Positions 54,304-64,000 of a stretch of 64,000 nt of DNA are shown piece by piece. The stretch comes from Spirochaetia bacterium. GTDB taxonomy: Bacteria; Spirochaetota; Spirochaetia; CAKZLE01. Under the pieces are notes generated by a model. It searched no databases, was not told where the DNA came from, and saw nothing but the letters and a program-made list of their open reading frames with translations. The translations under genes and the position numbers were made by a program. The DNA is taken from contig OY782041.1 of the NCBI GenBank assembly GCA_963677595.1, positions 2,688,001 through 2,752,000 of the forward strand, read 5' to 3'. Position 1 is the stretch's first letter. The number at the start of each line of letters is the position of its first letter.

Positions 54304-55587
54304 ATGGCAACAGCACTTTTATTCGGGGGCTTCATCTTCTTTGCGGCAGTAAGTGTGCCGATAGGTATATCGCTTGGTATGGCCGTGATGCTGGTGATCA
54401 TTGCGACCGGGACGGTGGATCTCACGTTCATGGCCCAGGGACTGACAACCGCAATGGACTCCTTTCCGCTGATGGCGGCCCCCTTCTTCATCCTGGCCGG
54501 TGAGGTCATGGGCCGTGGAGGTATCTCGCGACGCCTGCTCAAGCTGGCAGATATCGCATTCGGCAGGTTCACGGGAGGCCTGGGGCTGGTGACCGTAGTC
54601 GCCTGCATGCTCTTTGCCGCTATATCAGGCACGGGTTCCGCCACCGTGGCCGCGATCGGATCGGTCATGGTACCCGAGATGCTCAAGAAGGGGTATAACA
54701 AGGGGTTCGCAGGAGGGCTGGTCGCATCCTCCGGTGCGATCGGGGCTATGATCCCCCCGAGTATCACGATGGTCATCTATTGTGTCACGGCAGGTGTCTC
54801 CATCACAGCGCTCTTCAGCGCCGGGATCATACCGGGGATCGTCATAGGGATCTCCCTGATCATCTATACGCTGATCTTCTCGAAGAAGAACGGTTATACC
54901 GGTTCTACGAAGCGGTATAGCGGCAAGGAGGTACTCGCATCAGTCAAGGAGGGCATCCCGGCCATCCTGATGCCGGTGATCATCCTCGGCGGGATCTATG
55001 GGGGCGTCTTCACCCCGACTGAAGCTGCTGCCGTGGCAGTAGTCTATGGGTTCATCGTCGCCTTGTTCGTCTATAAGGAGATATCCTTCAAGGATATCGG
55101 TGATATCGTGCTGAAATCAGCACTGATGACCTCTGTCATCCTGGTCATCATCGGGACGTCTGCAGGCTTCGGCAGGATCCTGGCCCTCGAACGCATCCCG
55201 CAGGTGATCGCAAATGCCATAGTCGGGTTCTCCTCGAGTAAGATCGTCATCCTGCTGCTGCTGAACCTGCTGCTGCTCTTCGTGGGAACCTTCATGGAGA
55301 CCCTGGCAGCCGTCATCATCCTGACTCCCATCCTGCTTCCTATCGTGACGAGCTTCGGGATGAGCCCTGTCCACTTCGGTGTCATGATGGTCATCAACCT
55401 GGCTATCGGGTTCGTGACCCCGCCGCTGGGAGCCAACCTCTTCGTGACCACCCAGATCATGGACATCACGTTCGAGGAGGTGTCGAAGGCGATCATACCA
55501 TTCATCATAACCATGGTGATAGCCCTGCTGTTCATCACCTTCGTCCCTGTCATATCGATGGGGCTGCCGACACTATTAGGATTCTGA
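54304..55587 (+). CDS. dctM: TRAP large permease (DctM)
   Basis: APFFILAG, IPPSI, FTPTEAA and TPPLG motifs. Confidence 0.94.
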   Translation: MATALLFGGFIFFAAVSVPIGISLGMAVMLVIIATGTVDLTFMAQGLTTAMDSFPLMAAPFFILAGEVMGRGGISRRLLKLADIAFGRFTGGLGLVTVVACMLFAAISGTGSATVAAIGSVMVPEMLKKGYNKGFAGGLVASSGAIGAMIPPSITMVIYCVTAGVSITALFSAGIIPGIVIGISLIIYTLIFSKKNGYTGSTKRYSGKEVLASVKEGIPAILMPVIILGGIYGGVFTPTEAAAVAVVYGFIVALFVYKEISFKDIGDIVLKSALMTSVILVIIGTSAGFGRILALERIPQVIANAIVGFSSSKIVILLLLNLLLLFVGTFMETLAAVIILTPILLPIVTSFGMSPVHFGVMMVINLAIGFVTPPLGANLFVTTQIMDITFEEVSKAIIPFIITMVIALLFITFVPVISMGLPTLLGF

Positions 55588-55642
55588 TCCCAGGGGTAGT
55601 TATCCCCAGGATAGTATACATACCTTGATAACGTTGTTCATT

Positions 55643-55666
55643 TGCCGCCCGCGAGGGCGGCATCTT
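55643..55666 (+). terminator. GNRA-loop terminator after dctM
   Basis: TGCCGCCC-gcga-GGGCGGCA-TCTT. Confidence 0.65.
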
Positions 55667-55826
55667 GTGTCTTTGGGTGTATAGCCGGGATCCTTTTGTC
55701 AGTATCCTGCATGAACCTCCAGCGGACGTACCAGGATCCCTAGGTTACAGTATGTAAAAAAAACTCCTTGAAGACAGGTAGAAGGCCCTGTATACTGCAT
55801 GATGATACCAAGTAAAAGGATATATC

Positions 55827-57295
55827 ATGAAACGTCTTGCGATCATACTTTCCCTGTTACTCACCCTCCTGTTCTCTTCCTGCCTCACCTCGACCCAGCT
55901 TGCACAGCAGGCCCTCTCCGAGGGCTCCTACCATGAAGCGGTCAGGCTCGCGCTGACCTCGCTGCAGGAGGATCCTGATGATGTAGAAGCCCTGCTGGCC
56001 TTGACGGAGGGCTGGGATACGGCGAACCGGCAGTGGAGGGAAGCTATCGAGACACTCCTTGCGGAAGCGACCCCGGAGGGGAGGGAACCTGCCCTCGGGT
56101 ACTACCGGGACCTTGCCGCCCTGCATGGCCTGGTACAGGAAGCCGGCGGCTACCGCCTCGACCCTGATCCTGACGCGGTGAACCGGGAGGCGGAAGAGGC
56201 CGCAGCCGATATCGCACGGCAGTATCTCGATGCAGGGTCAGCTGCCTCTATACGGAGACACGAGAAGGAGCCCGGAAAGCCGTCCCCCTGATCGGGAAGG
56301 CTTTCGGCCTGGACCCGGGGCTGGAGGATGAATTCACCTACCTCTACGAGCGGGCAGTTGAACAGGCAACCCTCCGGGTCCTGGTGTTCACCGGACCTGA
56401 CGCGAACTTCAGGCTCAATGGGATCCGGGTCGTTGCCCATATCGAGGACCTCCTTGACCGGCTGGAGTTCGTCGAGGCGGTACGCGTCCCGCAGCGGTAT
56501 GCAGCCCCGGTGGATGATGACCACCATGCAAAGGACTGGGCCAGGGGGCACGGAGCTGACGTGATGCTCCATATCGAGCTTGATACCACCTACTCATCAG
56601 GCCTCAAGACGGCGAGCGAGCCCCTGGCTTCAGTCCCCTGGACCAGGGATACGGCATGGCTGGAGGCTGAAGGCTCTTCAGACGTTCGCCTCGTGCTCAT
56701 CGACCTGTCCGATGACTCGGTCATCAGTGATACCACGATCGTATCAGCTCGAAGGCAGTCAGGTGATATCGTGCTCTCGGGTATCCACGGCACTACCAGG
56801 CAGGCAGTCCTTCAGCTGGGCGGTATGAGTGCTCCCCGTGAGCTTATCGTGCAGGCCGCTCCGGTGGGAATGAGCAGCCCGACGCTGGCTTACCATCTAA
56901 CCCGGACTGATGGGCTCGACCTCCCGTCCTGGGGGTTCGAGACCGGTGCGGACCCGCTGGTGGGCGAGCGGCTCGACCCGACTTCCTACAGCACCCTCGA
57001 GGGGCTCGAATCCTTCAGCCGGATCACCGGCCATGATTTCCTGCTCTTCGATGTGCTCGAGTTCGATCCCTACGGTGACGGTAACCTGACCTACCAGTAT
57101 GCCTATGCCCCGATGGGGGAGGGAGCTGACGGCTGCCTTGCAGCCTCAGTCTATGAACGGGAACTCTATTACGGGCTGCAGGAAGCCATGGAGTCCCGCG
57201 AGGTGCAGCAGGAGTTTGCAGAACGGTTCTTCACCACCTTCTATGAGACCTCGATCGGTAACGATGTGGTAAAGGCAATAGCCCCGCTCCTCTGA
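55827..57295 (+). pseudogene. Frameshifted TPR-like lipoprotein (about 489 aa if repaired)
   Basis: ORF1 (lipobox FSSC) stops at 56291. The frame of ORF2 is open back to at least 56231, and adding one G to GGG at 56235-56237 joins them as YLDAG-VSCLYTETREGARKAVPLIGKA. Confidence 0.7.
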
Positions 57296-57300
57296 TCGGG

Positions 57301-57339
57301 AGGCTGCATCCTTCGGAGACTCCGGGGAGGATGCAGCCT
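57301..57339 (+). terminator. Long hairpin after the lipoprotein gene
   Basis: AGGCTGCATCCTT...GGAGGATGCAGCCT. Confidence 0.6.
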
Positions 57340-57353
57340 GTCTCCTATACGAT

Positions 57354-57698
57354 ATGACTACGTATCTGAAATCGTATTCAGATGAAAGTAAGTATGACAA
57401 TACTCTGCAACTTATTGTATAATAACTAGTAACAATGTTCTTCGCAGCCATGCGAAGGTGACCGTGCATCATATGACAGGTTTTCTCGCTTCGGGGACGA
57501 TAGGCCGGGAATCGGTATGTGCAGGCTTGTCCCAAGTGTTTGTCCGAAATAAGAGGAATCTTCTAAATGCCTATATTATAATAAGTAATATATATTTCAC
57601 CGCGCTTTTTCCTGGTGGTTCACAGGAAGCTGGTAATTTCATCAAGAAAAATATGGACAAGTAACAGGGAGGTATGTATAATAAGACTACGTAATCAT
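57354..57698 (+). promoter_or_regulatory. Catabolic-operon promoter with two copies of the same operator
   Basis: ATGACTACGTATCTGA (57354-57369); TGGACA (57654)-17-TATAAT (57677), immediately followed by AAGACTACGTAATCAT (57683-57698). Confidence 0.75.
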
Positions 57699-57745
57699 TC
57701 TGAGTCAGAGGTGAATCACCTGACTCGACAACAATAGAGGTGACC

Positions 57746-58813
57746 ATGGAACAGCCGACCGTATCATATACCGACCTGAACGAATACCTGACCCGGCTCT
57801 ATGAGGCTGCAGGGGTGCCGACAGCGGATGCCGCTGTCTGTGCGGACTGCACGGTGAAGACCAATCTCTGGGGAGTCGATTCCCATGGGGTGCTCCGTAC
57901 CCCCGATTACATCGAACGGCTCCTGAAGAAGGCCGTCAACCCTGAGCCTGATGTAAAGCTTGTCGCGAAGGCTGACGGGCCCTTCTCCCTGATGGACGGT
58001 GATGCCGGCATGGGCTATGTCGTTGGGACGAAGGCTATGGAGGCCGCGATGGAGAAAGCGGAGAAGTTCGGGATCGGGATCGTCCTCGTGAAGAACAGCA
58101 ACCACTTCGGGGCTGCCTCCCTCTTTACCCGGATGGCGGCAGAGAAGGGGATGCTCGGGATCGCGACGACTAACGTGAGGCCCAACATCGGGATGCCTGG
58201 GGGGAAGGCCCCGGTCACCGGGAACAACCCGCTGGCGCTCGCTGCCCCGATCGGGCAGCCGTACCCGTTCTCCCTCGATATCTCGATGAGTGCCGTATCA
58301 GGGGGGAAGATCCTGCTGGCGCAGAAGAAGGGCGAGAAGATCCCCACGACCTGGGCGATCGACAAGGACGGGAACCCGACCGACGACCCCTTCGCCGGGT
58401 TCGCCGGTATCCTGCTCCCTACCGGGATGCATAAGGGACTCGGGCTCTCCTTCTTCATCGACATCGTCACCGGCGTCATGAGCGGCGGCCCCTTCCTCCA
58501 GGATATCAAGAGCATGTACAAGGACGCCGATGAGCCATCGCTCACCTCACACCTTGTGTGTGCGATCGACCCGACCATGTTCCAGAGTCGCGAGGAGTAC
58601 GAGGCGAGCATGGAGAAGTGGGTCGGCATGATCAAGGCGACCCCGATGGCAGACCCCGAGGCGACGCAGATCATTCCCGGGGAGATCGAGTACATGCTCG
58701 AGAACAAGCGAAAGACGGAAGGGATCCCGGTCCCGCCCCAGTTGATGAAGGACCTTGCAGCCCTGGACGAGAGACTCGGAATCTCTTCAGGACTGACAGC
58801 AGATAACCAATAA
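57746..58813 (+). CDS. Ldh_2 family oxidoreductase (ComC/AllD/DlgD-like)
   Basis: GVDSHG, NSNHFGA, GNNP, LDISMS and HKGLGL motifs. Confidence 0.9.
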   Translation: MEQPTVSYTDLNEYLTRLYEAAGVPTADAAVCADCTVKTNLWGVDSHGVLRTPDYIERLLKKAVNPEPDVKLVAKADGPFSLMDGDAGMGYVVGTKAMEAAMEKAEKFGIGIVLVKNSNHFGAASLFTRMAAEKGMLGIATTNVRPNIGMPGGKAPVTGNNPLALAAPIGQPYPFSLDISMSAVSGGKILLAQKKGEKIPTTWAIDKDGNPTDDPFAGFAGILLPTGMHKGLGLSFFIDIVTGVMSGGPFLQDIKSMYKDADEPSLTSHLVCAIDPTMFQSREEYEASMEKWVGMIKATPMADPEATQIIPGEIEYMLENKRKTEGIPVPPQLMKDLAALDERLGISSGLTADNQ

Positions 58814-58837
58814 TTCAAAGATTGCAGGAGTATAGAG

Positions 58838-59752
58838 ATGAAGAAACAGACAGAGTTCAAGCTGAACAAGAGAGATTCCGTATGGTTCCAGGAGAACAGC
58901 GCCCATGTAGTCGTCAACTACGCGAAAGAGGTATGTGACGTGGCGATCCTCCCGCTTGGGGCGATCGAGCAGCATGCTGCCCATGCACCGACCGGGATGG
59001 ATACCTACAACGCCATCGGCATCGCGGAGAAGGTCGGCGAGGCTACCGGTGCGATGGTCCTTCCCTGCCCGATGTACGGCTCCCATCCCCACCACCACTG
59101 GGGCATGCAGGGAACCATCCCACTGACCTATGAGACCCATATCGGGCTGATCATGGATATCATCAGGGGTGCTTCCGTTGCCGGCTATAACAAGTTCATC
59201 ATCATCTCTGCTCACGGCCAGGTCTCATCGGTGATCGTCGCCACCCACAAGCTCGGGATCGAGGGACTCTTCACCATCTCCTCTACCTGGTATGACTTCC
59301 TCCGTGACGACAAGAACGTCCTCGAGGACTATATGTGGCATGCTGACGAGGCAGAGACCTCGGTCGGGCTCTACCTCTATCCCCAGTGGATCCAGATGGA
59401 CCTCGCCGAGGCAGGCGGCGGTACCCCGCTGATCGACTCCAAATGGAAGATCGCCCCGGGACAGGTATGTGGACCCGGTATGCTCTACCACTTCGAGGGA
59501 ACCTTCGCGCTTCCCGAGAAAGATGACCTGGAAAACGGTGTCATCGGTGACCCAACTAAGGCTACCCTCGAGAAGGGCGAGGCCTGTGTCGAGCGGGTCG
59601 TCGGCTACTATGCTGAACTCATCGAGGAGATCAAGACGAAGTTCCCCATCGGGATCAACCCCCTTGGCTTCAGGAACCCGGGCGGCTATGCGACATCTGC
59701 TGACATCGTATATGACAAAGATCACGACGAGAAAGGACAGCTGAAGAAATGA
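58838..59752 (+). CDS. Creatininase-family hydrolase resembling IolN (3-dehydro-scyllo-inosose hydrolase)
   Basis: GAIEQH..H.PTGMD, YGSHPHHHWGMQGT, AHGQ, HADEAETS and GVIGDPTKAT motifs. Confidence 0.82.
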   Translation: MKKQTEFKLNKRDSVWFQENSAHVVVNYAKEVCDVAILPLGAIEQHAAHAPTGMDTYNAIGIAEKVGEATGAMVLPCPMYGSHPHHHWGMQGTIPLTYETHIGLIMDIIRGASVAGYNKFIIISAHGQVSSVIVATHKLGIEGLFTISSTWYDFLRDDKNVLEDYMWHADEAETSVGLYLYPQWIQMDLAEAGGGTPLIDSKWKIAPGQVCGPGMLYHFEGTFALPEKDDLENGVIGDPTKATLEKGEACVERVVGYYAELIEEIKTKFPIGINPLGFRNPGGYATSADIVYDKDHDEKGQLKK

Positions 59753-60582
59753 GACTGAAGGACAAAGTAGCGGTGATCACCGGCGGTACCAAGGGTATCG
59801 GGCTGGGGATCGCTATCGAGTTCGCGAAGGAGGGGGCGTCTGTCGTGATCGGCGGGCGCAACCCCGAGACCGGAGAGGAGGGGCTCGCAGAGCTCCTCGC
59901 CCTCGGCGGCGAGGCGATGTATGTTCCCTGCGACGTGGGGAACCTGGAGAGCCTGCAGAACATCATAGACAAGACCGTGGAACGGTTCGGCCGTGTCGAC
60001 ATCTACGTCTCCAATGCGGGGATCAACGACTCGCAGAAGACACCCTACCTGGAGATCACCCCCGAGCAGTACGACCGCATCATGGACGTGAACCTGCGGG
60101 GGATGTTCTTCGGGGACCAGTATGCGGCACGCGAGATGGTGAAGCAGGGGACCGGCGGGGCGATCATCAACATGTCCTCGGTCAACGCCTACCTGGCGCT
60201 CAACAGCCAGATGGTCTACACCACGAGCAAGGGCGGGGTACAGCAGCTGACGAAGGTACAGGCGGTGGACCTGGTCCCCTACGGGATCAAGGTGAACGCA
60301 CTTGCCCCGGGACCGATCGAGACCGAGCTCATGAGGCGGGTCGGGTCGGACAAGCAGCTGATGGACACGATCCTCTCCCGGACACCGATGGGACGGATCG
60401 GGACCCCGAAGGAGTGCGGGAGACTGGCAGTCTTCCTCGCATGCGAGGATTCCGACTTCATCATGGGACAGACGATCTACAACGACGGGGGACGAGGCTT
60501 CCAGGCCTTCCCGAACCCGGGCTACAAGACCGTTACCGACGAAGACTATGCACTGCTGCAGCAGATGAAAGAAGGCGAATGA
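59749..60582 (+). CDS. Short-chain dehydrogenase/reductase
   Basis: TGGTKGIG, SNAG, YTTSK and VNALAPG motifs. Confidence 0.92.
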   Translation: MRLKDKVAVITGGTKGIGLGIAIEFAKEGASVVIGGRNPETGEEGLAELLALGGEAMYVPCDVGNLESLQNIIDKTVERFGRVDIYVSNAGINDSQKTPYLEITPEQYDRIMDVNLRGMFFGDQYAAREMVKQGTGGAIINMSSVNAYLALNSQMVYTTSKGGVQQLTKVQAVDLVPYGIKVNALAPGPIETELMRRVGSDKQLMDTILSRTPMGRIGTPKECGRLAVFLACEDSDFIMGQTIYNDGGRGFQAFPNPGYKTVTDEDYALLQQMKEGE

Positions 60583-62006
60583 GTATGAGATACCCGAAAG
60601 CAGGACTGATCACCTTCGGTGACCACAGAGGCCCCGAGTGGGCGAAAGTATTCGAGGGACTGACCGTGCCTCGCCATGAGAAGGCGGCACAGATCCTAGG
60701 GGAGCTCCCGCTGGAGCTGGTCTCGTTCCCGACGGTCGCACGTACCCGCGACGAGATCAATGAACAGGTGGATGCCCTCAAGCAGGCAGGGGTGGAGGTG
60801 TTCATCGCCCATACCCCCTGCTGGACCTCCCCGAACCTGGTCGTGCACGGGGTGCAGAGGATGGGGATCTATACCATCGTCCTCGGTAACCGCGACATGG
60901 GAACGCACGGCTGCGTCGGACTCTTCGGTGCCGCAGGGGCCCTTTCCCAGATCGGCAGCGAGCACAAGCGCATCAGGATGGACTATGAGACTCCCACCTA
61001 TGAGCAGAAGCTCCTGCCCATCATCAGGGCGGCCTCCGCAGCAGCACGGCTGAAGGGCTCGGTCATGGGACACTTCGGCGGGCGGTCCATCGGGATCGAC
61101 ACCGCGACCTTCGACCCGATGGGCTGGAGGAAGCAGTTCGGTGTAGATGTCGAGCATATCGACCAGGTCGAGATCCTGAGGATCGCAGAGACAATCGAAC
61201 AGGGGCGGATCGACAGGATGCGCACCTGGATCGAGCAGAATGCCAAAGAGGTCCTCTACAACGATGACAAGTTCACGAAGGAGAAATTCGACTTCCAGCT
61301 TGCCTGCTATATCGCGACGAAGGATATCTGCAGGGAATCGGGACTCGACTTCACGGCGATCAAGTGCATGCCGGAACTCTCGAACTCCTATGTACCCCAG
61401 TGCATGACCGCGACCTTCCTTCCCAATGACTATGACGGGGAAGAGGGCGAGAAGGATGCCATCGTCATGGCCTGTGAGGCCGATGCCGACGGGGCACTCA
61501 CCCAGCAGATCCTCAAGCTGCTCTCGGGCGGGATGCCGACCTTCTTCGCAGATGTCAGCCACATCGATGATGCACGGAAGACGATCTACTGCGTCAACTG
61601 CGGGGCAGTATGCGCCTGGTATGCCGGGCGGGATGCCGACCCCAACAAGAACCTCAACCAGATCGTGATCAAGCAGTCGATCAGGCCCGGAGGGGCTGCG
61701 ATCTCAGGCTTCTTCGCCGCAGAGGGACCGATGCAGCTCGCACGGCTCTATCGCGTGGACGGGAAGTACCGGATGGCGATCATCCCCTGCGATGCCGTCA
61801 CCCCGAGCGAGGAGATCCTCGATGAGTTCGTGGAGGCTCGCGGCCCGCACCAGCTCCCGGCACTCTTTGCCAAGGTCGATTTCGACCTGGATGCGTTCGT
61901 CGACGAGTACGGTTCCAACCATATCTCCGGTGTAGCCGGCGCATATGTCGAGGAACTCGTGGAACTCTGCCGCATGCTCGATATCGAGCCGGTCGTGTTC
62001 AGATAG
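60579..62006 (+). CDS. L-fucose/L-arabinose isomerase family protein
   Basis: FGGRSIGI, KCMPEL, ACEADADG and YGSNHI motifs; ATG 60579 overlaps the SDR stop codon. Confidence 0.82.
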   Translation: MSMRYPKAGLITFGDHRGPEWAKVFEGLTVPRHEKAAQILGELPLELVSFPTVARTRDEINEQVDALKQAGVEVFIAHTPCWTSPNLVVHGVQRMGIYTIVLGNRDMGTHGCVGLFGAAGALSQIGSEHKRIRMDYETPTYEQKLLPIIRAASAAARLKGSVMGHFGGRSIGIDTATFDPMGWRKQFGVDVEHIDQVEILRIAETIEQGRIDRMRTWIEQNAKEVLYNDDKFTKEKFDFQLACYIATKDICRESGLDFTAIKCMPELSNSYVPQCMTATFLPNDYDGEEGEKDAIVMACEADADGALTQQILKLLSGGMPTFFADVSHIDDARKTIYCVNCGAVCAWYAGRDADPNKNLNQIVIKQSIRPGGAAISGFFAAEGPMQLARLYRVDGKYRMAIIPCDAVTPSEEILDEFVEARGPHQLPALFAKVDFDLDAFVDEYGSNHISGVAGAYVEELVELCRMLDIEPVVFR

Positions 62007-62017
62007 GAAGGAATGAG

Positions 62018-62803
62018 ATGGAAATAACCAATACGAACAGGGTCAAGAGACTCCTGAAAGAGGGAAAGCGCGTGACCGGGGCCTGGGCCCAGGCTGCGAG
62101 CAACATCACCACGGAGATCCTCGCAGATGCGGGCTTCGACGTGATCATGGTCGACATGGAGCATGGTCCCGGGAACATCCTGACCCTGATCTCACAGATC
62201 CAGGGGATGAAGGGACAGCCGACCGTACCATTCGTGCGGGCTCCCTGGAATGACTTCGTGCAGATCAAGAAGATCCTCGATGCCGGCACCTTCGGGCTGC
62301 TTGTCCCCTACGTTAACACGAAAGAAGAGGCAGAAGCGGCAGTCAAGGCTGTCAAATACCCGCTGACCGGGATCAGGGGAGTCTCAGGCTCACCGAGAGG
62401 GCCCCACTTCGGGAACAACTCGATGGACTACCTCAAGCAGGCGAATGATGAGATCTTCCTCATGACTGCAGTCGAGACCCTCGAGGCGGCAGAGAACATC
62501 GATGAACTGCTCACCGTCGAGGGACTCGACGGGATCTTCATCGGGCCGATGGACCTTGCCACGAGCATGGGCTACTTCGGGGACGCCTCAGTCCCTGAAG
62601 TCCAGGCCGTGATCAGGAAGGTGGAAGAGAAGGTCTTCGCCAGCGACAAGATCCTGGCTACCGTCGGCGGCAGCTGGGAGCAGGCGACAGCGAAGTACGA
62701 GCGAGGATACCAGCTGCTGATGCTGATGTCCGACACCGTCTCGCTCGGTGCCTATGCACGGGGCCTCGTGAACAGTTTCTCCCAGGCATTCCCTGAGAGA
62801 TAG
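62018..62803 (+). CDS. HpcH/HpaI-family class II pyruvate aldolase
   Basis: VDMEHG, KKILDAG, VET and FIGPMDL motifs. Confidence 0.92.
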   Translation: MEITNTNRVKRLLKEGKRVTGAWAQAASNITTEILADAGFDVIMVDMEHGPGNILTLISQIQGMKGQPTVPFVRAPWNDFVQIKKILDAGTFGLLVPYVNTKEEAEAAVKAVKYPLTGIRGVSGSPRGPHFGNNSMDYLKQANDEIFLMTAVETLEAAENIDELLTVEGLDGIFIGPMDLATSMGYFGDASVPEVQAVIRKVEEKVFASDKILATVGGSWEQATAKYERGYQLLMLMSDTVSLGAYARGLVNSFSQAFPER

Positions 62804-62837
62804 AGCCTCAAGACTATAACGAATGATGGAGAGACAT

Positions 62838-63854
62838 ATGGGAAAGGTAAAAGTAGGAGTAGCAGGATACGGCGTGATCGGGCAGCGACTGGCAGACGGG
62901 GTAGCGGCCCAGGGAGACATGGAGCTCGTAGGTGTTGCCGACATAGCCCCGACGATATCGGTGCGGGCGCTCAAGCACCGGGGCATGCCGTATAAGATGT
63001 TCAACGTGGACCCGAAGAACACGTCGATGGCAGATGCCGGGATCCCGGTATCGGGGAGCTTCGAGGAACTCGTACAGGAGTGCGACATCATGCTCGACAG
63101 CTCACCTGGCGGCATCGGCGCGCGGAACAAGGAGCTGTACGTCAAACATGGGACGAAGGCCGTGTTCCAGGGCGGCGAGAAGAACGATATCGCAGACGTC
63201 TTCTTCCACGGGTATGCGAACTACGAGCAGGGCATCGGGGCGGACTACCTGAAGCTCACGAGCTGCAATACCACCGGGCTCATCCGTGCGGTAGATATGC
63301 TCGACCGGAGTGTAGGCCTTGAGAAAGTGGCGATCACGATCATCCGTCGGGTGGCAGACCCGGGTGACTACCATCGGGGGCTGACCAATGCCCTGCAGGT
63401 GGAGAAGGCACCGAGCCACCAGGCACTCGACCTGATGACGATCATGCCCCATATCCCGTGTACGGGAATCCTGGTACACACCCCGGTGACCCACGGCCAC
63501 ATCATCACGGTGACGGCAACGCCGAAGAACAAGATCGAGAAGGAAGAGCTGTGGGAGATGGCGCAAAACCACCCGCGGATCATGCCGGTACGACTGGCAG
63601 ACGGGTTCTTAGGGAACGCATCGATGTTCCGCTGGGCACGCGATATCGGGAATGCACGAGGTGACATGTATGAGATCGGGCTGTGGGAAGAGTCGATCGT
63701 GAAGTCAGGAGATGACATCATGTTCGCGATCAACATCCCGCAGGAGTCCGTGGTGATCCCGGAGAACATCGACGGGATCAGGGCCGCGATGGGGATGCAG
63801 GCGACCAGGGAAGAGGGGACGGCAGCAACGAACCAGTACCTGGGCATGAAGTAA
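62838..63854 (+). CDS. Archaeal-type (type II) phosphorylating glyceraldehyde-3-phosphate dehydrogenase homologue
   Basis: GYGVIGQRLADGV, FQGGEK, SCNTTGL, RRVADP and QESVVIPENID motifs are class II signatures. Confidence 0.9.
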   Translation: MGKVKVGVAGYGVIGQRLADGVAAQGDMELVGVADIAPTISVRALKHRGMPYKMFNVDPKNTSMADAGIPVSGSFEELVQECDIMLDSSPGGIGARNKELYVKHGTKAVFQGGEKNDIADVFFHGYANYEQGIGADYLKLTSCNTTGLIRAVDMLDRSVGLEKVAITIIRRVADPGDYHRGLTNALQVEKAPSHQALDLMTIMPHIPCTGILVHTPVTHGHIITVTATPKNKIEKEELWEMAQNHPRIMPVRLADGFLGNASMFRWARDIGNARGDMYEIGLWEESIVKSGDDIMFAINIPQESVVIPENIDGIRAAMGMQATREEGTAATNQYLGMK

Positions 63855-63864
63855 GAGAGCACCG

Positions 63865-64000
63865 ATGAAAGAGCATACGTTAGGGTTCAAGCCGATGGAG
63901 GAATTTGATGTCTCGGGTAAGCGGGTATTGCTGCGGGTGGACATCAACTCCCCGGTGGACCCGAAGACGAAGGCAATAGTCAACGAGAACCGGCTGGAGA
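63865..64000 (+). CDS. pgk: Partial phosphoglycerate kinase, archaeal-like N-terminus
   Basis: Manual translation gives MKEHTLGFKPMEEFDVSGKRVLLRVDINSPVDPKTKAIVNENRLE; truncated by the window edge. Confidence 0.85.
   Translation, partial: MKEHTLGFKPMEEFDVSGKRVLLRVDINSPVDPKTKAIVNENRLE

Noticed and set aside
57416-57433. TAGTAAC half-site resembling the trp operator
   Set aside because: The left half does not match, and the context is unrelated.
57458-57664. 68-aa ORF in the AT-rich intergenic region
   Set aside because: It has atypical codon usage, overlaps the promoter region and shows no motif; the stretch is more likely regulatory DNA.
60414-60578. N-terminal extensions given by the ORF track (also for rex, trpGD, fhs, dctP, the polyprenyl synthase and the 18630 lipoprotein)
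   Set aside because: The extensions overlap upstream genes or promoters. Downstream starts with an SD or translational coupling fit the family N-termini better.

Overview
A gene-dense, GC-rich bacterial chromosomal segment. It is most consistent with an anaerobic free-living spirochaete (Spirochaetia); this is inferred from protein styles such as the '...VFAGGQQE' signal peptide and was not confirmed by a search. From left to right it contains: a PTS-EIIA/CBS/cation-proton antiporter operon; era and clpP; an MFS-HEAT protein; rex divergent from a tetrameric, probably electron-bifurcating [FeFe]-hydrogenase operon with a Rex box between them; PIN-PhoH, Crp/Fnr, GT2 and galU genes; and a second EIIA-antiporter pair. 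Next come a complete trp operon (trpE, trpG-D, trpC-F, trpB, trpA) with an unannotated Trp-Trp leader peptide, attenuator and twin palindromic operator, and a Listeria-like flavin-based electron transfer locus (PplA with three FMN domains, EetA, EetB, ApbE/FmnB, Ndh2-DoxX, DmkB). In that locus a futalosine-type UbiD/UbiA pair plus an ABC importer stands where DmkA/MenA would be expected. The rest holds gnd, a missed 59-aa Cys-rich protein, natAB, fhs, a LarA-family enzyme, a TRAP transporter, a frameshifted lipoprotein and an unknown catabolic operon ending in archaeal-type GAPDH and PGK. That operon and the TRAP operon share a palindromic operator (AAGAHTACGTARTCAT). Several genes appear to be transcribed leaderless. 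I saw no rRNA, tRNA, CRISPR array or mobile element. All family calls come from motif recognition by eye.
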